Below are positions 10,383 to 20,285 of a stretch of DNA of 64,000 nt, one piece after another. Source of the DNA: Thermodesulfobacteriota bacterium. Lineage in GTDB: Bacteria; Desulfobacterota; Binatia; Bin18. The first letter of the stretch is position 1. Each line of letters starts with the position of its first letter. Both the position numbers and the translations under genes were made by a program. The DNA is taken from the NCBI GenBank assembly GCA_964291405.2, contig OZ219926.1, positions 3,840,001-3,904,000 of the forward strand, given 5' to 3'. The notes below the pieces were generated by a model that made no database searches, was not told the origin of the DNA, and was given only the letters and a program-made list of their open reading frames with translations.

Positions 10383-11171
10383 CTAGTGTGCCCCGCCTTT
10401 CCGAAATGGGGCAAGGGCCTCGGCGGCGCGCTGCGCTTCCCGGCGCAGCAGAATCAGATCGGTGCCATACAACAGATATTGCGCGCCGCTATCGACAATA
10501 GCCTGAATATTATCGAGTTGGGTCACGGCCGCAGCCGTCGCGATGCCTCGCTCGTGACACAGCGCATTTACCCGGGTAGTCGCTTCGAGCAATTCAGGAT
10601 TATTGAATTGGCCCGGCGCGCCAAGGCTTTGAGCCAAGTCCTGATAGCCGACCAGGCAGAGATTAATGCCGGGAATCAGAATCTCGTCCATATTCTCCAC
10701 GGCCTCTCTGGTCTCGATGATCACGCCGAGCAAGGTGTTGGTATTGGCGTGCTGCATGGCCGTCTGCGTCTCAACATCTTCATATTCGGTATTCGCTCCC
10801 AGATAGATGGCCGTCCCGCGCTTCCCCTCGGGATGGTATTTGGCCAGCTCAATGAAGCGTTGCACCTCAGCCCCGGTTTTGACATGTGGCACAATCAGGC
10901 TCTGACACCCGCAGTCGAGCAGACGTGTCACGTGCTCATACTCAAGATCAGGAATGCGGACCACCGGGGTCATCCCGGCCGCATGGGCGTAGTCGCACAG
11001 ATCGACTACTGTTTCCAGGTTGTAGGCCGAGTGCTCGGTGCAGATCATGATGAAGTCCATGCCGGCCTGCGCCAGCGTATGGATGGCCCCGCGGCTCTTG
11101 ATGTCCCACACCAGCGTTCCCAGCGCAAAGTCTCCGGCCTTGAGTGATTTTTTAAGTGTATTGTCTCGCAT
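10383..11171 (-). CDS. HpcH/HpaI aldolase family protein
   Basis: DFIMICTEH, PVVRIP, YHPEGKRG, IIETREAV, GYQDL; GGAGA RBS before ATG 11171. Confidence 0.85.
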   Translation of the reverse strand: MRDNTLKKSLKAGDFALGTLVWDIKSRGAIHTLAQAGMDFIMICTEHSAYNLETVVDLCDYAHAAGMTPVVRIPDLEYEHVTRLLDCGCQSLIVPHVKTGAEVQRFIELAKYHPEGKRGTAIYLGANTEYEDVETQTAMQHANTNTLLGVIIETREAVENMDEILIPGINLCLVGYQDLAQSLGAPGQFNNPELLEATTRVNALCHERGIATAAAVTQLDNIQAIVDSGAQYLLYGTDLILLRREAQRAAEALAPFRKGGAH

Positions 11172-11331
11172 ACATTCTCCTCCTGTGAGGAGATTATTCT
11201 GCGGAGACAAGGGACGTGTCAAGGAACGCAAAGAAGAGATATGCTGCTTTAGACCTATGAAGCTGAAATACCGAAGACGGCCAGTCGTAATGGAATCCTC
11301 TCGCACGCGGGGTGCCTGTACCTCAAAACCA

Positions 11332-12270
11332 ATGTCGCGTCCGTTGTTTCCGGCCTCTCTTCTCTGTCTTTTTATCTCGATCTCTGTCTCTCTGGCTCCT
11401 CACGCCTGGGCCGATATCATTGCGGCTATGGGGGCGAAGGAAATCCGCGCAAGCCGGACGCTGGTTGGAGCTGTCCAAACCGTAAAGATGGAAAGGGTGT
11501 TGTTTGTGAACCCGCCCGGAGAGCCGGACACGTGGATTGAGGACGAACGGATACTCACGGCGATCACTCATTACGGCAGGGATGGAGCACTCATGGAAAG
11601 GATAGAGTACGCGCCTGACGGAGCAGTGATGGTCCGCGCCGTCCGCCAGTATAACCGGGCGAGCAAGCTGAGTATCGAACAGTTGTATAACTCCCAGGGG
11701 ACGCTCTGGCGGCAGACCAGCCATACCTATGATGAGGCGGGCCGTCTGACACAGGCGGTGAGTACCGATGTGGACGGCGATCTCTGGTTTCGAGATGTCT
11801 ATACGTACACCGAAGGTGGCCGGCCAGATCACATAGATCACCACGATCCGGACGGAACCTTTCTCCATCGAGCAAGTTTTAGCTACGATGGGGAGGGCCG
11901 GGTCGCTAAACGGTCCTTGTCCGACGCCGATGGCTCTCCGATCTCAAGTAACACCTATGTGTACGACGCCGATGGAAGAGTACAGGCCATCATCACCCAC
12001 GGACGAAGCGGGGCGCTGGCGTCGCGCTGGGTGTACGCCTATGACGAGCACGGGAACGAACGGGAGTGGGTAGAGTCTGACAGGGATGGCGCGATCCAGC
12101 GCAAAGAAGTCTATACCTATGAGTACGACGACCACGGGAACTGGGTAAAACAGGTCACCGCGGAGTGGATTCCGGACGGTGACGAGGGCTACCTCGAACC
12201 CGCAGAGGCAGTATATCGAACGATTACCTATTATCCGCAGGGCGGGGCCGGGGACAAGGAGGGTCTATAG
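11332..12270 (+). CDS. Secreted YD/RHS-repeat protein
   Basis: Signal peptide ending AWA; repeated YDxxGR/YDxxGN units; ends YEYDDHGNW...RTITYY. Confidence 0.75.
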   Translation: MSRPLFPASLLCLFISISVSLAPHAWADIIAAMGAKEIRASRTLVGAVQTVKMERVLFVNPPGEPDTWIEDERILTAITHYGRDGALMERIEYAPDGAVMVRAVRQYNRASKLSIEQLYNSQGTLWRQTSHTYDEAGRLTQAVSTDVDGDLWFRDVYTYTEGGRPDHIDHHDPDGTFLHRASFSYDGEGRVAKRSLSDADGSPISSNTYVYDADGRVQAIITHGRSGALASRWVYAYDEHGNEREWVESDRDGAIQRKEVYTYEYDDHGNWVKQVTAEWIPDGDEGYLEPAEAVYRTITYYPQGGAGDKEGL

Positions 12271-12347
12271 GGTCGATTGAGTCCATTGAGTCCATTGAGT
12301 CTCCGAGACCCAACAGATCCTATAGACCCAAAAAACCCAACAGACCC
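12261..12347. repeat. Inverted pair of 9-bp tandem-repeat arrays (long imperfect hairpin)
   Basis: Left arm gggtctata-gggtcgatt-gagtccatt-gagtccatt-gagtct, loop ccg, right arm is the same unit type in reverse complement; lies between convergent genes. Confidence 0.7.
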
Positions 12348-12354
12348 CAACCCT

Positions 12355-13005
12355 CTACGCCTTCATTCCCGCGGCTTTGGCCTTTTCGTGGATGCTGGAG
12401 GCCGCGCTGGCGCGACTATCGACGCGCGCAAACCAGGCCGTCAGGTTTTTCAGGTCCGGGCTGATCTTCTGGCCGACGCCGGCCCCAAAATCAAAGGCGC
12501 AGTACAGAATAATATCGACCAACGTAAACCGATCACCCACGATAAACTGTTTGCCCTCCATCAGGCCATCCAGCCAGGCGAGCTTTTCCTGCACGATTTC
12601 CTTGAGGCCGGCTGCGGCTTCGGGCAGACAGTGCATCCGGTCCTTAAACATGGCCAGGCCCTCGGCATAGCGGAAGCCGTTATACATATGTTCCGTGATC
12701 TGGAGCTCAATCCGCCGCTGCCACATGCGGGTTTCGGCTTTTTCCTCCGGGGTCGAGCCGATTAACGCCGGGCCGGACTGGGTGTCTTCGAGGTATTCGC
12801 AAATGGCGGTCGTTTCCGCCAGGACGCTACCATCGTCCAGCTCGATCGACGGCATTTGGCCGCCGGGGTTCTTCTCGGTATACGGCCCCTGCCGGTTCTC
12901 CGCACCCAGAATGTCTACCTCGATCGTATCGAGCGTTATGCCTTTCTCCGCCATGAACATGCGGACGCAGCGCGGATTCGGACCGAGTGAATTATACATT
13001 CTCAT
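12355..13005 (-). CDS. Glutathione S-transferase family protein
   Basis: GPNPRCVRMF, NPGGQMP, LAETTAICEYLE, FIVGDRFTLVDI. Confidence 0.92.
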   Translation of the reverse strand: MRMYNSLGPNPRCVRMFMAEKGITLDTIEVDILGAENRQGPYTEKNPGGQMPSIELDDGSVLAETTAICEYLEDTQSGPALIGSTPEEKAETRMWQRRIELQITEHMYNGFRYAEGLAMFKDRMHCLPEAAAGLKEIVQEKLAWLDGLMEGKQFIVGDRFTLVDIILYCAFDFGAGVGQKISPDLKNLTAWFARVDSRASAASSIHEKAKAAGMKA

Positions 13006-13130
13006 AAGAGCCTCCTTCGTGGGATATATTGTAGAGCGGTTTAGCCTATTTGGTCCACGAGGCGCAAGCAGGGAATTGAACGACGCTCACCGGATTTCAC
13101 TGCCGGCCACGTTGGCCGTGCCGGTACTTG

Positions 13131-14795
13131 CTACCGTGTCGCGCGCCGGCAGAAGCAGGAGGCGGTGATCGGGACGTCGGTGCGGGCCAAGGCGAGGTTC
13201 AGCCGCTGCTTCACGATTGTCGCCTCCTGACTCCACCCGAGCCGCTGGAGGCACTCGTGATATCCGTGCAGGCTCCAGACGTTGTCCGGGTGCTGGCAGG
13301 CGCGGCTCAGCGTATCGTCGTACCCGAGATCCGCTCGATACACCGCGGCCGCCTCATCGACCTGACCCTGTTCGAGCAGCAGGGCGGCCAGTGCATGGCG
13401 CGTTGGTTGCATCCATCCCCAGGGCTCGTCGTAGGGCAGGTTGTCGTCCAGCCCCACGGCCGCCCGGAGGTGTCTGAACGCGGTGTCAAAGCGGCCGCGA
13501 CGGTACTCGATCTCACCCCGCATCATCTCCCCCGCGATCGCGAGAATGTCGAGACACCGGTTGTTGAACACGTAGCGGCTCTCCGGGACGCGGGTGAGCG
13601 CTTCATCGAAGTCGGCGGCCTCGCGCTCTGCCGCGTCGACGTCGCCTGTCACCGCGCGAGCTACCGCCTTGGCGTACCGCATCATCGCGGTCGTCACGCA
13701 AAAGAGATCGCGGTTCTCCGGCAGCTCTTCCGCAACGATAGCGTCCCATTTCCCGAACCGGATGAGTACGTGCTGCTTCATTGAAACAAAGCCTTCCAGC
13801 CAGTCCGCCATGGGCGGCGAGGTGAGGGTGAGCAACTCCTCGGGAAGCGTCGCGATCATCTCCTCGGCCGCCGCAAGTGCGGGCCGGAACTGCCCGAGGA
13901 ACATCGCCCCGTAGATCTTGAAGTGGTAGTTATGGCACCGGTAGAGGGAGTAGAAGTTGCCCGCACCCTCGCGTGCGAGAAACTTGCGGTCCGCTTCGAT
14001 GGCCGCCTGATTCGACTCCACCACCGCTCGGTAGTCGCCACAAAGCACGTCGATGTGGGTCGGCATGTGCTCGAGATGGCCGGCGGCCGGCACGAGACCG
14101 CGCAGCCGGTCGCCGGCCGTGAGCGCCCGCTCTGGGTGCGGCGACATCTCCATCAGGTGGATGTACATGTGAAGGAGACCCGGATGGGCCTCCTCGCCCC
14201 GTTCCTCGCGCCGACGTATCGCCTTCTCGAGGATCTCGATGGCCTCTTCCGTACCCGCCCCTTCCGCTGGCTGGCCGGTCTTCAGGTCCCAGAGCGCCCA
14301 CGGGGTGCGGTTCATGATCGCCTCGGCGAACAGGGCCGCTACGTCCGGGTCGTCCTCGCCGTGCTCCGCGTAGACCGCCCGCATCGCACCCGCGTACTCA
14401 TCGTTCCACGGGCACATGTCTTCCACAGGCGAGCGTGATAGGTAGCGATGTGCGAGGGCGCTGATGAGGGACCGCTCGGTATCCGTCGCGTTCGAGGCGA
14501 GCGCCCGTGCCCGTGCCGTTGCGTCGTAGGCGGTCTCGAGCGAACGGGCCGCGTCCCCCTCGTCGAACGCCTCCCACGGTTTGTTGTAGTTTGGCCCGGC
14601 CGCGTAGGCGACTCCCCACCACGCCATGGCGCACACCGGGTCGGCGTCGAGCGCCCGGCGGTAGCACGCGATTGCCTCGTCGTGGTTGTAGCCGTAGGTC
14701 CAGGCGAGCCCCCGGTCAAACCAGCGCTGCGCTTCCTCGGAGTCGGTCGTGACAGGCCGGCTGTAGGTCCCCAGATCGTAGTAGCCTTCGGGCAT
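13131..14795 (-). CDS. Tetratricopeptide-repeat protein (YYDLG...HPGLLHMYIH...HMPTHI family)
   Basis: AQRWFDRGLAWTYGYNHDEA, AMAWWG, HMPTHID, YDEPWGW, HPDNVWSLHG; AAGGAG RBS before ATG 14795. Confidence 0.8.
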   Translation of the reverse strand: MPEGYYDLGTYSRPVTTDSEEAQRWFDRGLAWTYGYNHDEAIACYRRALDADPVCAMAWWGVAYAAGPNYNKPWEAFDEGDAARSLETAYDATARARALASNATDTERSLISALAHRYLSRSPVEDMCPWNDEYAGAMRAVYAEHGEDDPDVAALFAEAIMNRTPWALWDLKTGQPAEGAGTEEAIEILEKAIRRREERGEEAHPGLLHMYIHLMEMSPHPERALTAGDRLRGLVPAAGHLEHMPTHIDVLCGDYRAVVESNQAAIEADRKFLAREGAGNFYSLYRCHNYHFKIYGAMFLGQFRPALAAAEEMIATLPEELLTLTSPPMADWLEGFVSMKQHVLIRFGKWDAIVAEELPENRDLFCVTTAMMRYAKAVARAVTGDVDAAEREAADFDEALTRVPESRYVFNNRCLDILAIAGEMMRGEIEYRRGRFDTAFRHLRAAVGLDDNLPYDEPWGWMQPTRHALAALLLEQGQVDEAAAVYRADLGYDDTLSRACQHPDNVWSLHGYHECLQRLGWSQEATIVKQRLNLALARTDVPITASCFCRRATR

Positions 14796-14978
14796 GGTCT
14801 CTCCTTCGCGAATTTTGCCGTCAGTGTCGCACTTGCCAGCCTGCATATCTCACCACGTGTCCTCGTGCGAGAGAGAATTTCTCCTCTTTCCCGCCTTGTC
14901 TTCCCCCGGTCCTTATTTTAGGCTGCAAGCCGGTCACGCGACACTGGTGAATTCGTCTCCACCGTGGAGGAACTTTGG

Positions 14979-15452
14979 ATGCCTGCCGAGCCGTCGCCTC
15001 GTTTTTTAGCCGATCGCATGGTCGGCACCTTGGCAAAATGGCTGCGCCTGCTTGGCTATGACACCGTCTATATGCCCGAGGTTTCACCCGCGAGCGTGAA
15101 GCGCGAAGCACGCCGCCAGGGCCGTATCCTGCTGACCCGCCGGACCTGTTTTCTGAACCAGAGAGATATGCCGCCGTTTGTGTTTATTCGCGCCGACCGC
15201 TTTCGGGAGCAGATCAAACAGGTCTGTACCGACCTGCGGCTCACGGTCTCGTCTTCTCTGCTCAGGCGGTGCAGCGTGTGCAACCAGGAATTGGAAACAA
15301 TCGACCGCGAGCGGGTTCAAACCCGTGTGCCCGCGTATGTGTGGCAAACGCAATCGACCTTTTCCCACTGCCGGAAGTGCCAGCGCGTCTATTGGAACGC
15401 CACTCACCGTGAACGCATAATCGAAGAGCTGAGACACATGGGGATAGCATAG
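14979..15452 (+). CDS. Mut7-C RNase (PIN-like) domain protein with C-terminal Zn ribbon
   Basis: RFLADRMVGTLAKWLRLLGYDT, RILLTR, RCSVCN and CRKCQRVYWNATH. Confidence 0.88.
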   Translation: MPAEPSPRFLADRMVGTLAKWLRLLGYDTVYMPEVSPASVKREARRQGRILLTRRTCFLNQRDMPPFVFIRADRFREQIKQVCTDLRLTVSSSLLRRCSVCNQELETIDRERVQTRVPAYVWQTQSTFSHCRKCQRVYWNATHRERIIEELRHMGIA

Positions 15453-15458
15453 GGAAGC

Positions 15459-15833
15459 ATGGAACCGGCCGGAGCCCAACCCATCTGGCTGTTTTGGGAC
15501 GGAGCATGCGGCTTGTGTCGGCGAGCCGTTGCCTGGGTCAAACACCGCGACGTAACGAACCAGATTCAGGCGGTTCCCTACCAGGACGCGCCTCGCCCCC
15601 CGATGACGGACAGACTGGCCCGGCAGTGCGAATGCTCGGTCTACGTCATCACGCCAGGCGGGCAGATTTTGTCCGCTGGCCGGGCGAGTCTGTACGTACT
15701 GGGGAAGGTGGGGTTCCCGCGCCTGGCCTGGGTGGGTCGTTTGCCACCCTTTGTGTGGGGTATTGAACTGGGCTATTGGATCGTTGCGCGGAATCGGCAG
15801 TTTTTCAGTAAGTGGCTGTTTCCAGAAAAATAA
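15459..15833 (+). CDS. DUF393 / DCC1-like thiol-disulfide oxidoreductase
   Basis: WDGACGLC motif, YWIVARNR C-terminus. Confidence 0.85.
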   Translation: MEPAGAQPIWLFWDGACGLCRRAVAWVKHRDVTNQIQAVPYQDAPRPPMTDRLARQCECSVYVITPGGQILSAGRASLYVLGKVGFPRLAWVGRLPPFVWGIELGYWIVARNRQFFSKWLFPEK

Positions 15834-15854
15834 GGTTCTCAGGGCCGCTTCCTG

Positions 15855-16307
15855 CTATACTCGCCCCAATTGGCGCAGGGCCTCATACAACACAATCGCC
15901 GCGGCATTGGACAAGTTCAAGCTGCGTACCTGTTCTCCCGGCATCGGAATGGTGTACAGGGTCTCGGCATATTCCGTGCGGATTGCCTCTGATAACCCCC
16001 GTGTCTCGCTGCCAAAGACGAGCAGATCGTCTGGCTGATAGCGGACCGTGGTGTAAGAACGCTGGGCGCGTGCGGAAAAGGCCAGCAGACGGCCGGGCGG
16101 GCGACGCTCGAGGAAGGCGCTCCACGACTCATACACGTGCAGGTCGACAGCCGGCCAGTAATCGAGGCCGGCGCGCTTGAGATAGCGGTCCTCAAGAGAA
16201 AACCCCAGCGGACCAACGAGGTGCAAAGGGCTTTGCGTGGCCGCACATAGCCGGGCGGTTGTCCCAGTGTTGGGCGGAATCTCCGGCTCGACAAAGACGA
16301 TGTGCAT
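15855..16307 (-). CDS. trmL: tRNA (cytidine(34)-2'-O)-methyltransferase
   Basis: PEIPPNTG, KRAGLDYW, FGSETRGL, RSLNLSN SPOUT motifs. Confidence 0.95.
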   Translation of the reverse strand: MHIVFVEPEIPPNTGTTARLCAATQSPLHLVGPLGFSLEDRYLKRAGLDYWPAVDLHVYESWSAFLERRPPGRLLAFSARAQRSYTTVRYQPDDLLVFGSETRGLSEAIRTEYAETLYTIPMPGEQVRSLNLSNAAAIVLYEALRQLGRV

Positions 16308-16321
16308 GGGGAATGACTGGA

Positions 16322-16798
16322 CTAGTCTGGCTCTTCGGCCTGGATCGGGTAGGTGGCCTCACCAATGGGTAAAACGAATCTCTCACCCGTGGTCGCTGGC
16401 TGGACATACTGCGTAAGCTGATAGTAGGCCGGTCGAAGAAAGCGGGCCGCGTGCTTTTGCCCCTTGACTTTGCAGTACAGGACATCGTTGGCACCGATGG
16501 TCAGCGTATGGGGGAACAGCCGCTCTTCGCTCTCGTCGTTTAATCGCAGACTAAAACCCCGCTCCGGGTCTCCGGCGACCTGGGTGACAACATAGGGGGT
16601 GTCTTCAATTTCAACGCTCGCGCGGTCACGCCCCAGCACGATTTCATACTCGCCCCGCTCATTCTTTTGGAGACATTGGCTAAAGAGTTTGTTGATGCGT
16701 TGATTTTGAATACGCTCATCGTTGGCATACCACCAGCCGTCTTTTCCAAAGTGTATCTTACGGGTGGGGTCGATGGCCCAGAAACCGGCTTGTGGCAT
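16322..16798 (-). CDS. DUF1285-like protein
   Basis: DGWWYANDERI, VEIEDTPYVV, LYCKVK, ARFLRPAYYQL. Confidence 0.75.
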   Translation of the reverse strand: MPQAGFWAIDPTRKIHFGKDGWWYANDERIQNQRINKLFSQCLQKNERGEYEIVLGRDRASVEIEDTPYVVTQVAGDPERGFSLRLNDESEERLFPHTLTIGANDVLYCKVKGQKHAARFLRPAYYQLTQYVQPATTGERFVLPIGEATYPIQAEEPD

Positions 16799-16804
16799 CG
16801 CTGT

Positions 16805-17269
16805 TCAGCTCCCCTGACGTGGGCCGCGGTCTGCGGTGTCGAGAATGAGTGTCACCGGACCGTCATTCACGAGTCGGACTGCCATATGCGCCTGGAAGTG
16901 CCCTGTGGCAACCGGGATATGGTGGCGCTGACAGCAGGCGACAAAATAGTCATATAACGGTTTGGCAGTGGTCGGCTCTGCCGCGGCCGTAAACGACGGG
17001 CGGCGACCCTTGCGCGTATCGCCGTACAACGTGAATTGCGACACAACCAGGAGCGACCCGCCCACGTCCTGGACGGAGTAGGCAAATTTTCCGGCCTGGT
17101 CCGAGAAAATCCGTAGCCCGATAATTTTCTCGCTCAGAAAGTCCGCCTCCGCTTCGGTGTCCCCCGTGGTCACGCCGATCAGGACAAGCAGGCCGTGCTG
17201 GATCTGCCCGACGATTTCCCCCTCAACCGAGACCTGCGCCTTACGCACTCGCTGGATGACGGCCCGCAT
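16805..17269 (-). CDS. dtd: D-aminoacyl-tRNA deacylase
   Basis: MRAVIQRV start, [21 protein letters not shown]. Confidence 0.95.
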   Translation of the reverse strand: MRAVIQRVRKAQVSVEGEIVGQIQHGLLVLIGVTTGDTEAEADFLSEKIIGLRIFSDQAGKFAYSVQDVGGSLLVVSQFTLYGDTRKGRRPSFTAAAEPTTAKPLYDYFVACCQRHHIPVATGHFQAHMAVRLVNDGPVTLILDTADRGPRQGS

Positions 17270-17391
17270 GTTGCTTTCCTGTGTAATAGATAGTGAGATA
17301 GGTAGCTGAGTCCTCCGGTGCATACAAGATGAGAGCCGTCCCGATGTCCACCGAACTGGCATCATGTAAGGCCCTCGGCTATGATCGCCGC

Positions 17392-18186
17392 ATGTATCCC
17401 GTCCTGCTCGAACTCGGCCCCTTCACGATATACAGCTACGGGGTCATGATGGCTCTCGGCTTTGTGGCCGCGGCCTGGTTGCTGGGTAAAGGGCTCGCCT
17501 ATCAGGGCCGGAACCCGGACCTCGCTTCGACCCTGGTCCTGTGGGCTGCCATCGGGGGGCTGATCGGGGCTCGGCTGCTCTTCATTCTGGCTAATTGGTC
17601 CGCATTTCTGGCCGACCCGTGGGCGTTGCTTTTCACCGGCGCCGGTTTTGTCTGGCACGGTGGCTTAATCGGTGGCATCGCCGGTGTCAGTTTGGGTATC
17701 CGGCACTACAAGCTGCCCTGGCGGGAGACCATGGATGTGATTGCCCCGGCTATCGCCCTGGGCCATGGAACCGGACGCATTGGCTGCCAGTTGGCTGGTG
17801 ACGGGGACTGGGGACCACCAACCGACCTGCCCTGGGGGATGTCCTATCCGGATGCCATTATCGGCTGGGACTATCCGCCGGACGTGTTCGTCCATCCGAC
17901 ACCGCTCTACGAGATGGCAGCGTATTTTGCGATTGCGGCCGTGTTATGGAACCGCCGGACGGCTGGGTATCGCCCCGGTTCCCTGTTTTGGGGGTATTTG
18001 CTCTTGGCCGGGATTGCCCGGTTTTCCCTGGAATTTGTGCGGGTCAACCCCCCGCTCTGGGGAGCATTCTCTCAAGCCCAGGTGATCAGCATCGGCTTGA
18101 TGCTGGTCGGAGCGAGCCTGCTATTCAAAAGCGGGAAGCATGGGCGCGTCTCGGCTGCCCATGGTACGCCGGAGAAATCGCGATGA
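17392..18186 (+). CDS. lgt: Prolipoprotein diacylglyceryl transferase
   Basis: [39 protein letters not shown]. Confidence 0.93.
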   Translation: MYPVLLELGPFTIYSYGVMMALGFVAAAWLLGKGLAYQGRNPDLASTLVLWAAIGGLIGARLLFILANWSAFLADPWALLFTGAGFVWHGGLIGGIAGVSLGIRHYKLPWRETMDVIAPAIALGHGTGRIGCQLAGDGDWGPPTDLPWGMSYPDAIIGWDYPPDVFVHPTPLYEMAAYFAIAAVLWNRRTAGYRPGSLFWGYLLLAGIARFSLEFVRVNPPLWGAFSQAQVISIGLMLVGASLLFKSGKHGRVSAAHGTPEKSR

Positions 18187-18761
18187 GATCCTGGCTTATC
18201 CTCGGAGGTGTAGGCTTGGTTGTCCTCCTGGGTGTGGTCATTTTGATCACCACGCCCAGGAGGACCACACTGCCCCGACCGGCCCCGGATTTCCTGCTAC
18301 CCGATATGAGCGGTCAGGCAGTCCGCCTGTCTCAGCTCAAGGGAAAAGTTGTTCTGCTCAATATCTGGGCGACGTGGTGCGGTCCGTGTCGGCAAGAGAT
18401 GCCGACCATGGAAACCCTCGCGCACAAACTCAGCGGCGAGGACTTTGTACTGCTGGCCGTGAGCCAGGACGTCGATGGAGCCGCAACGGTGAAGCCCTAT
18501 CTGCAAGAAGGGGGATATACTTTTCCGGTGCTGCTCGATGTCCAAGGCGAGGTAGGCAGGAAATATGGTGTCACCGGTTATCCCGAAACATTTATCATTG
18601 ATCGTCAAGGGCAGGTCGTCTATCACCATATTGGCTATAATGACTGGGCTCAGCCGCAGATGGAGGAAACACTCCGGCGTTTGATCCAACAGGGGGAGTG
18701 GCACGTCGATACGGGAATGCCGGTGCCTGGCGCTCATACCTCCCTACTGTCAGAAGGATAA
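18183..18761 (+). CDS. TlpA/ResA-family thiol-disulfide oxidoreductase
   Basis: N-terminal TM, APDF, NIWATWCGPCRQEMP, GYPETFIID; ATGA overlap with lgt. Confidence 0.9.
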   Translation: MRSWLILGGVGLVVLLGVVILITTPRRTTLPRPAPDFLLPDMSGQAVRLSQLKGKVVLLNIWATWCGPCRQEMPTMETLAHKLSGEDFVLLAVSQDVDGAATVKPYLQEGGYTFPVLLDVQGEVGRKYGVTGYPETFIIDRQGQVVYHHIGYNDWAQPQMEETLRRLIQQGEWHVDTGMPVPGAHTSLLSEG

Positions 18762-18901
18762 CGGCTCCTTATTCCCCGGCAGGGTGAGGAAGACAAGCCC
18801 GCAGAGCAGACCCGCCCATATCGGAGCGCGTGAAGTGTGCTATAGTGAACAACCGTAATACCGCACAAAGCCAAGCGCATGGCAGATAGCAGGGGAAGAG
18901 A

Positions 18902-20263
18902 ATGATGCACAGAAAGCGGCGGCGAATCCTGATTGGATTGGTTGCTGGTGGTATTGGGCTCAGCGTGGTTCTGTTTGGAGGATATGGGCTCAATCTTGTT
19001 TCAGCCGTTGACCGCAGCACCTATGAAGACCTTGAGGCGTTTACCAACGTCTTGGCTATTGTTCGCAAGAACTACGTTGAGGAAACAGAGACACAAGCCC
19101 TTATCGAAGGAGCGATTAATGGCATGCTCGGGGCATTGGACCCGCACAGTGCCTATTTGACTCCCGACTCCTATAAGGAACTCCAGGTTGATACGGAGGG
19201 CAGCTTCGGTGGCCTGGGCATTGAGATCACCATTCGAGATGGCATTCTGACGGTCGTTTCACCCATTGAGGATACGCCTGCCTACCGTGCCGGGGTCCAG
19301 GCCGGGGACCAGATCATCAAGATCAACGATGAGCTGACAAAAGACATGTCGCTCATCCAGGCAGTGAAAAAGATGCGGGGCAAGCAGGGAACCGAGATTA
19401 CGATCTCGGTCCGTCGTGAAGGCGTGCCCCGGCTGATTGATGTGCCCCTTGTTCGTGAAGTGATTCAGATTCGCAGTGTGAAATCAAAAACCCTGGAAGA
19501 CGGCTATGCCTATATCCGGGTCACTCAGTTTCAAGACCAAACCAGTCATGACCTGGACGCCGCACTGCAAAAGCTCGGCCAGGAAAATGGTCAACTCCAG
19601 GGCATGGTGCTGGACTTGCGCAATAATCCCGGCGGGCTGCTCAGCCAGGCGGTCAAAGTCTCCGATCTCTTTTTGAGTTCCGGCATGATCGTGTATACCG
19701 AAGGCCGGCTCGAAAGCCAGCAGCAAAAATATTTCGCCCATCCCGGAGGATATACGGACATCCCGATGGTTGTGCTGGTCAATGGCGGCAGTGCCAGTGC
19801 CTCCGAGATTGTCGCTGGTGCGGTACAGGATCATGGCCGAGCAGTGGTGCTGGGAACCAAGACCTTTGGCAAAGGCTCGGTGCAGACGATTTTACCGGTC
19901 GATGGGGGGGCGGCTCTGCGGCTGACCACCGCCATGTATTTCACGCCGAACGGGCGGTCGATCCAGGTGAAGGGCATTGCCCCTGATATTGAACTGGAAA
20001 ACCTGCCCGAAGCCTATGCCGCAGCCCGGCGACGCCACGGGGTGCGTGAAGAGAATCTAAGCGGACACTTTGGCAATATCAGCAACACTCCGAGCGAGAC
20101 AGAGGGCGACAGTCCTGCCGATGCTGAGGCAGCACCCCAGGCCCTGCCCGAGATTGATATTAAGGAAGGGGAACTGGGCAAAGACCCGCAGCTCGACCGG
20201 GCGCTTGAATTGCTCAAGTCGTGGAAGGTCTTTCAGACAACGGTGGCTGAGGCAAAAAGCTAG
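18902..20263 (+). CDS. ctpA: Carboxy-terminal processing protease (S41 family, PDZ)
   Basis: LDPHSAY, GGLGIE, DLRNNPGG, SASASEIVAG, TFGKGSVQ. Confidence 0.92.
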   Translation: MMHRKRRRILIGLVAGGIGLSVVLFGGYGLNLVSAVDRSTYEDLEAFTNVLAIVRKNYVEETETQALIEGAINGMLGALDPHSAYLTPDSYKELQVDTEGSFGGLGIEITIRDGILTVVSPIEDTPAYRAGVQAGDQIIKINDELTKDMSLIQAVKKMRGKQGTEITISVRREGVPRLIDVPLVREVIQIRSVKSKTLEDGYAYIRVTQFQDQTSHDLDAALQKLGQENGQLQGMVLDLRNNPGGLLSQAVKVSDLFLSSGMIVYTEGRLESQQQKYFAHPGGYTDIPMVVLVNGGSASASEIVAGAVQDHGRAVVLGTKTFGKGSVQTILPVDGGAALRLTTAMYFTPNGRSIQVKGIAPDIELENLPEAYAAARRRHGVREENLSGHFGNISNTPSETEGDSPADAEAAPQALPEIDIKEGELGKDPQLDRALELLKSWKVFQTTVAEAKS

Positions 20264-20285
20264 TGTAGGTGCTTGAGCGGCTCCT

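Noticed and set aside
12277-12765. ORF starting MSPLSPLSLRDPTDPIDPKNPTDP
   Set aside because: Translation of the 9-bp repeat array running antisense into the GST gene.
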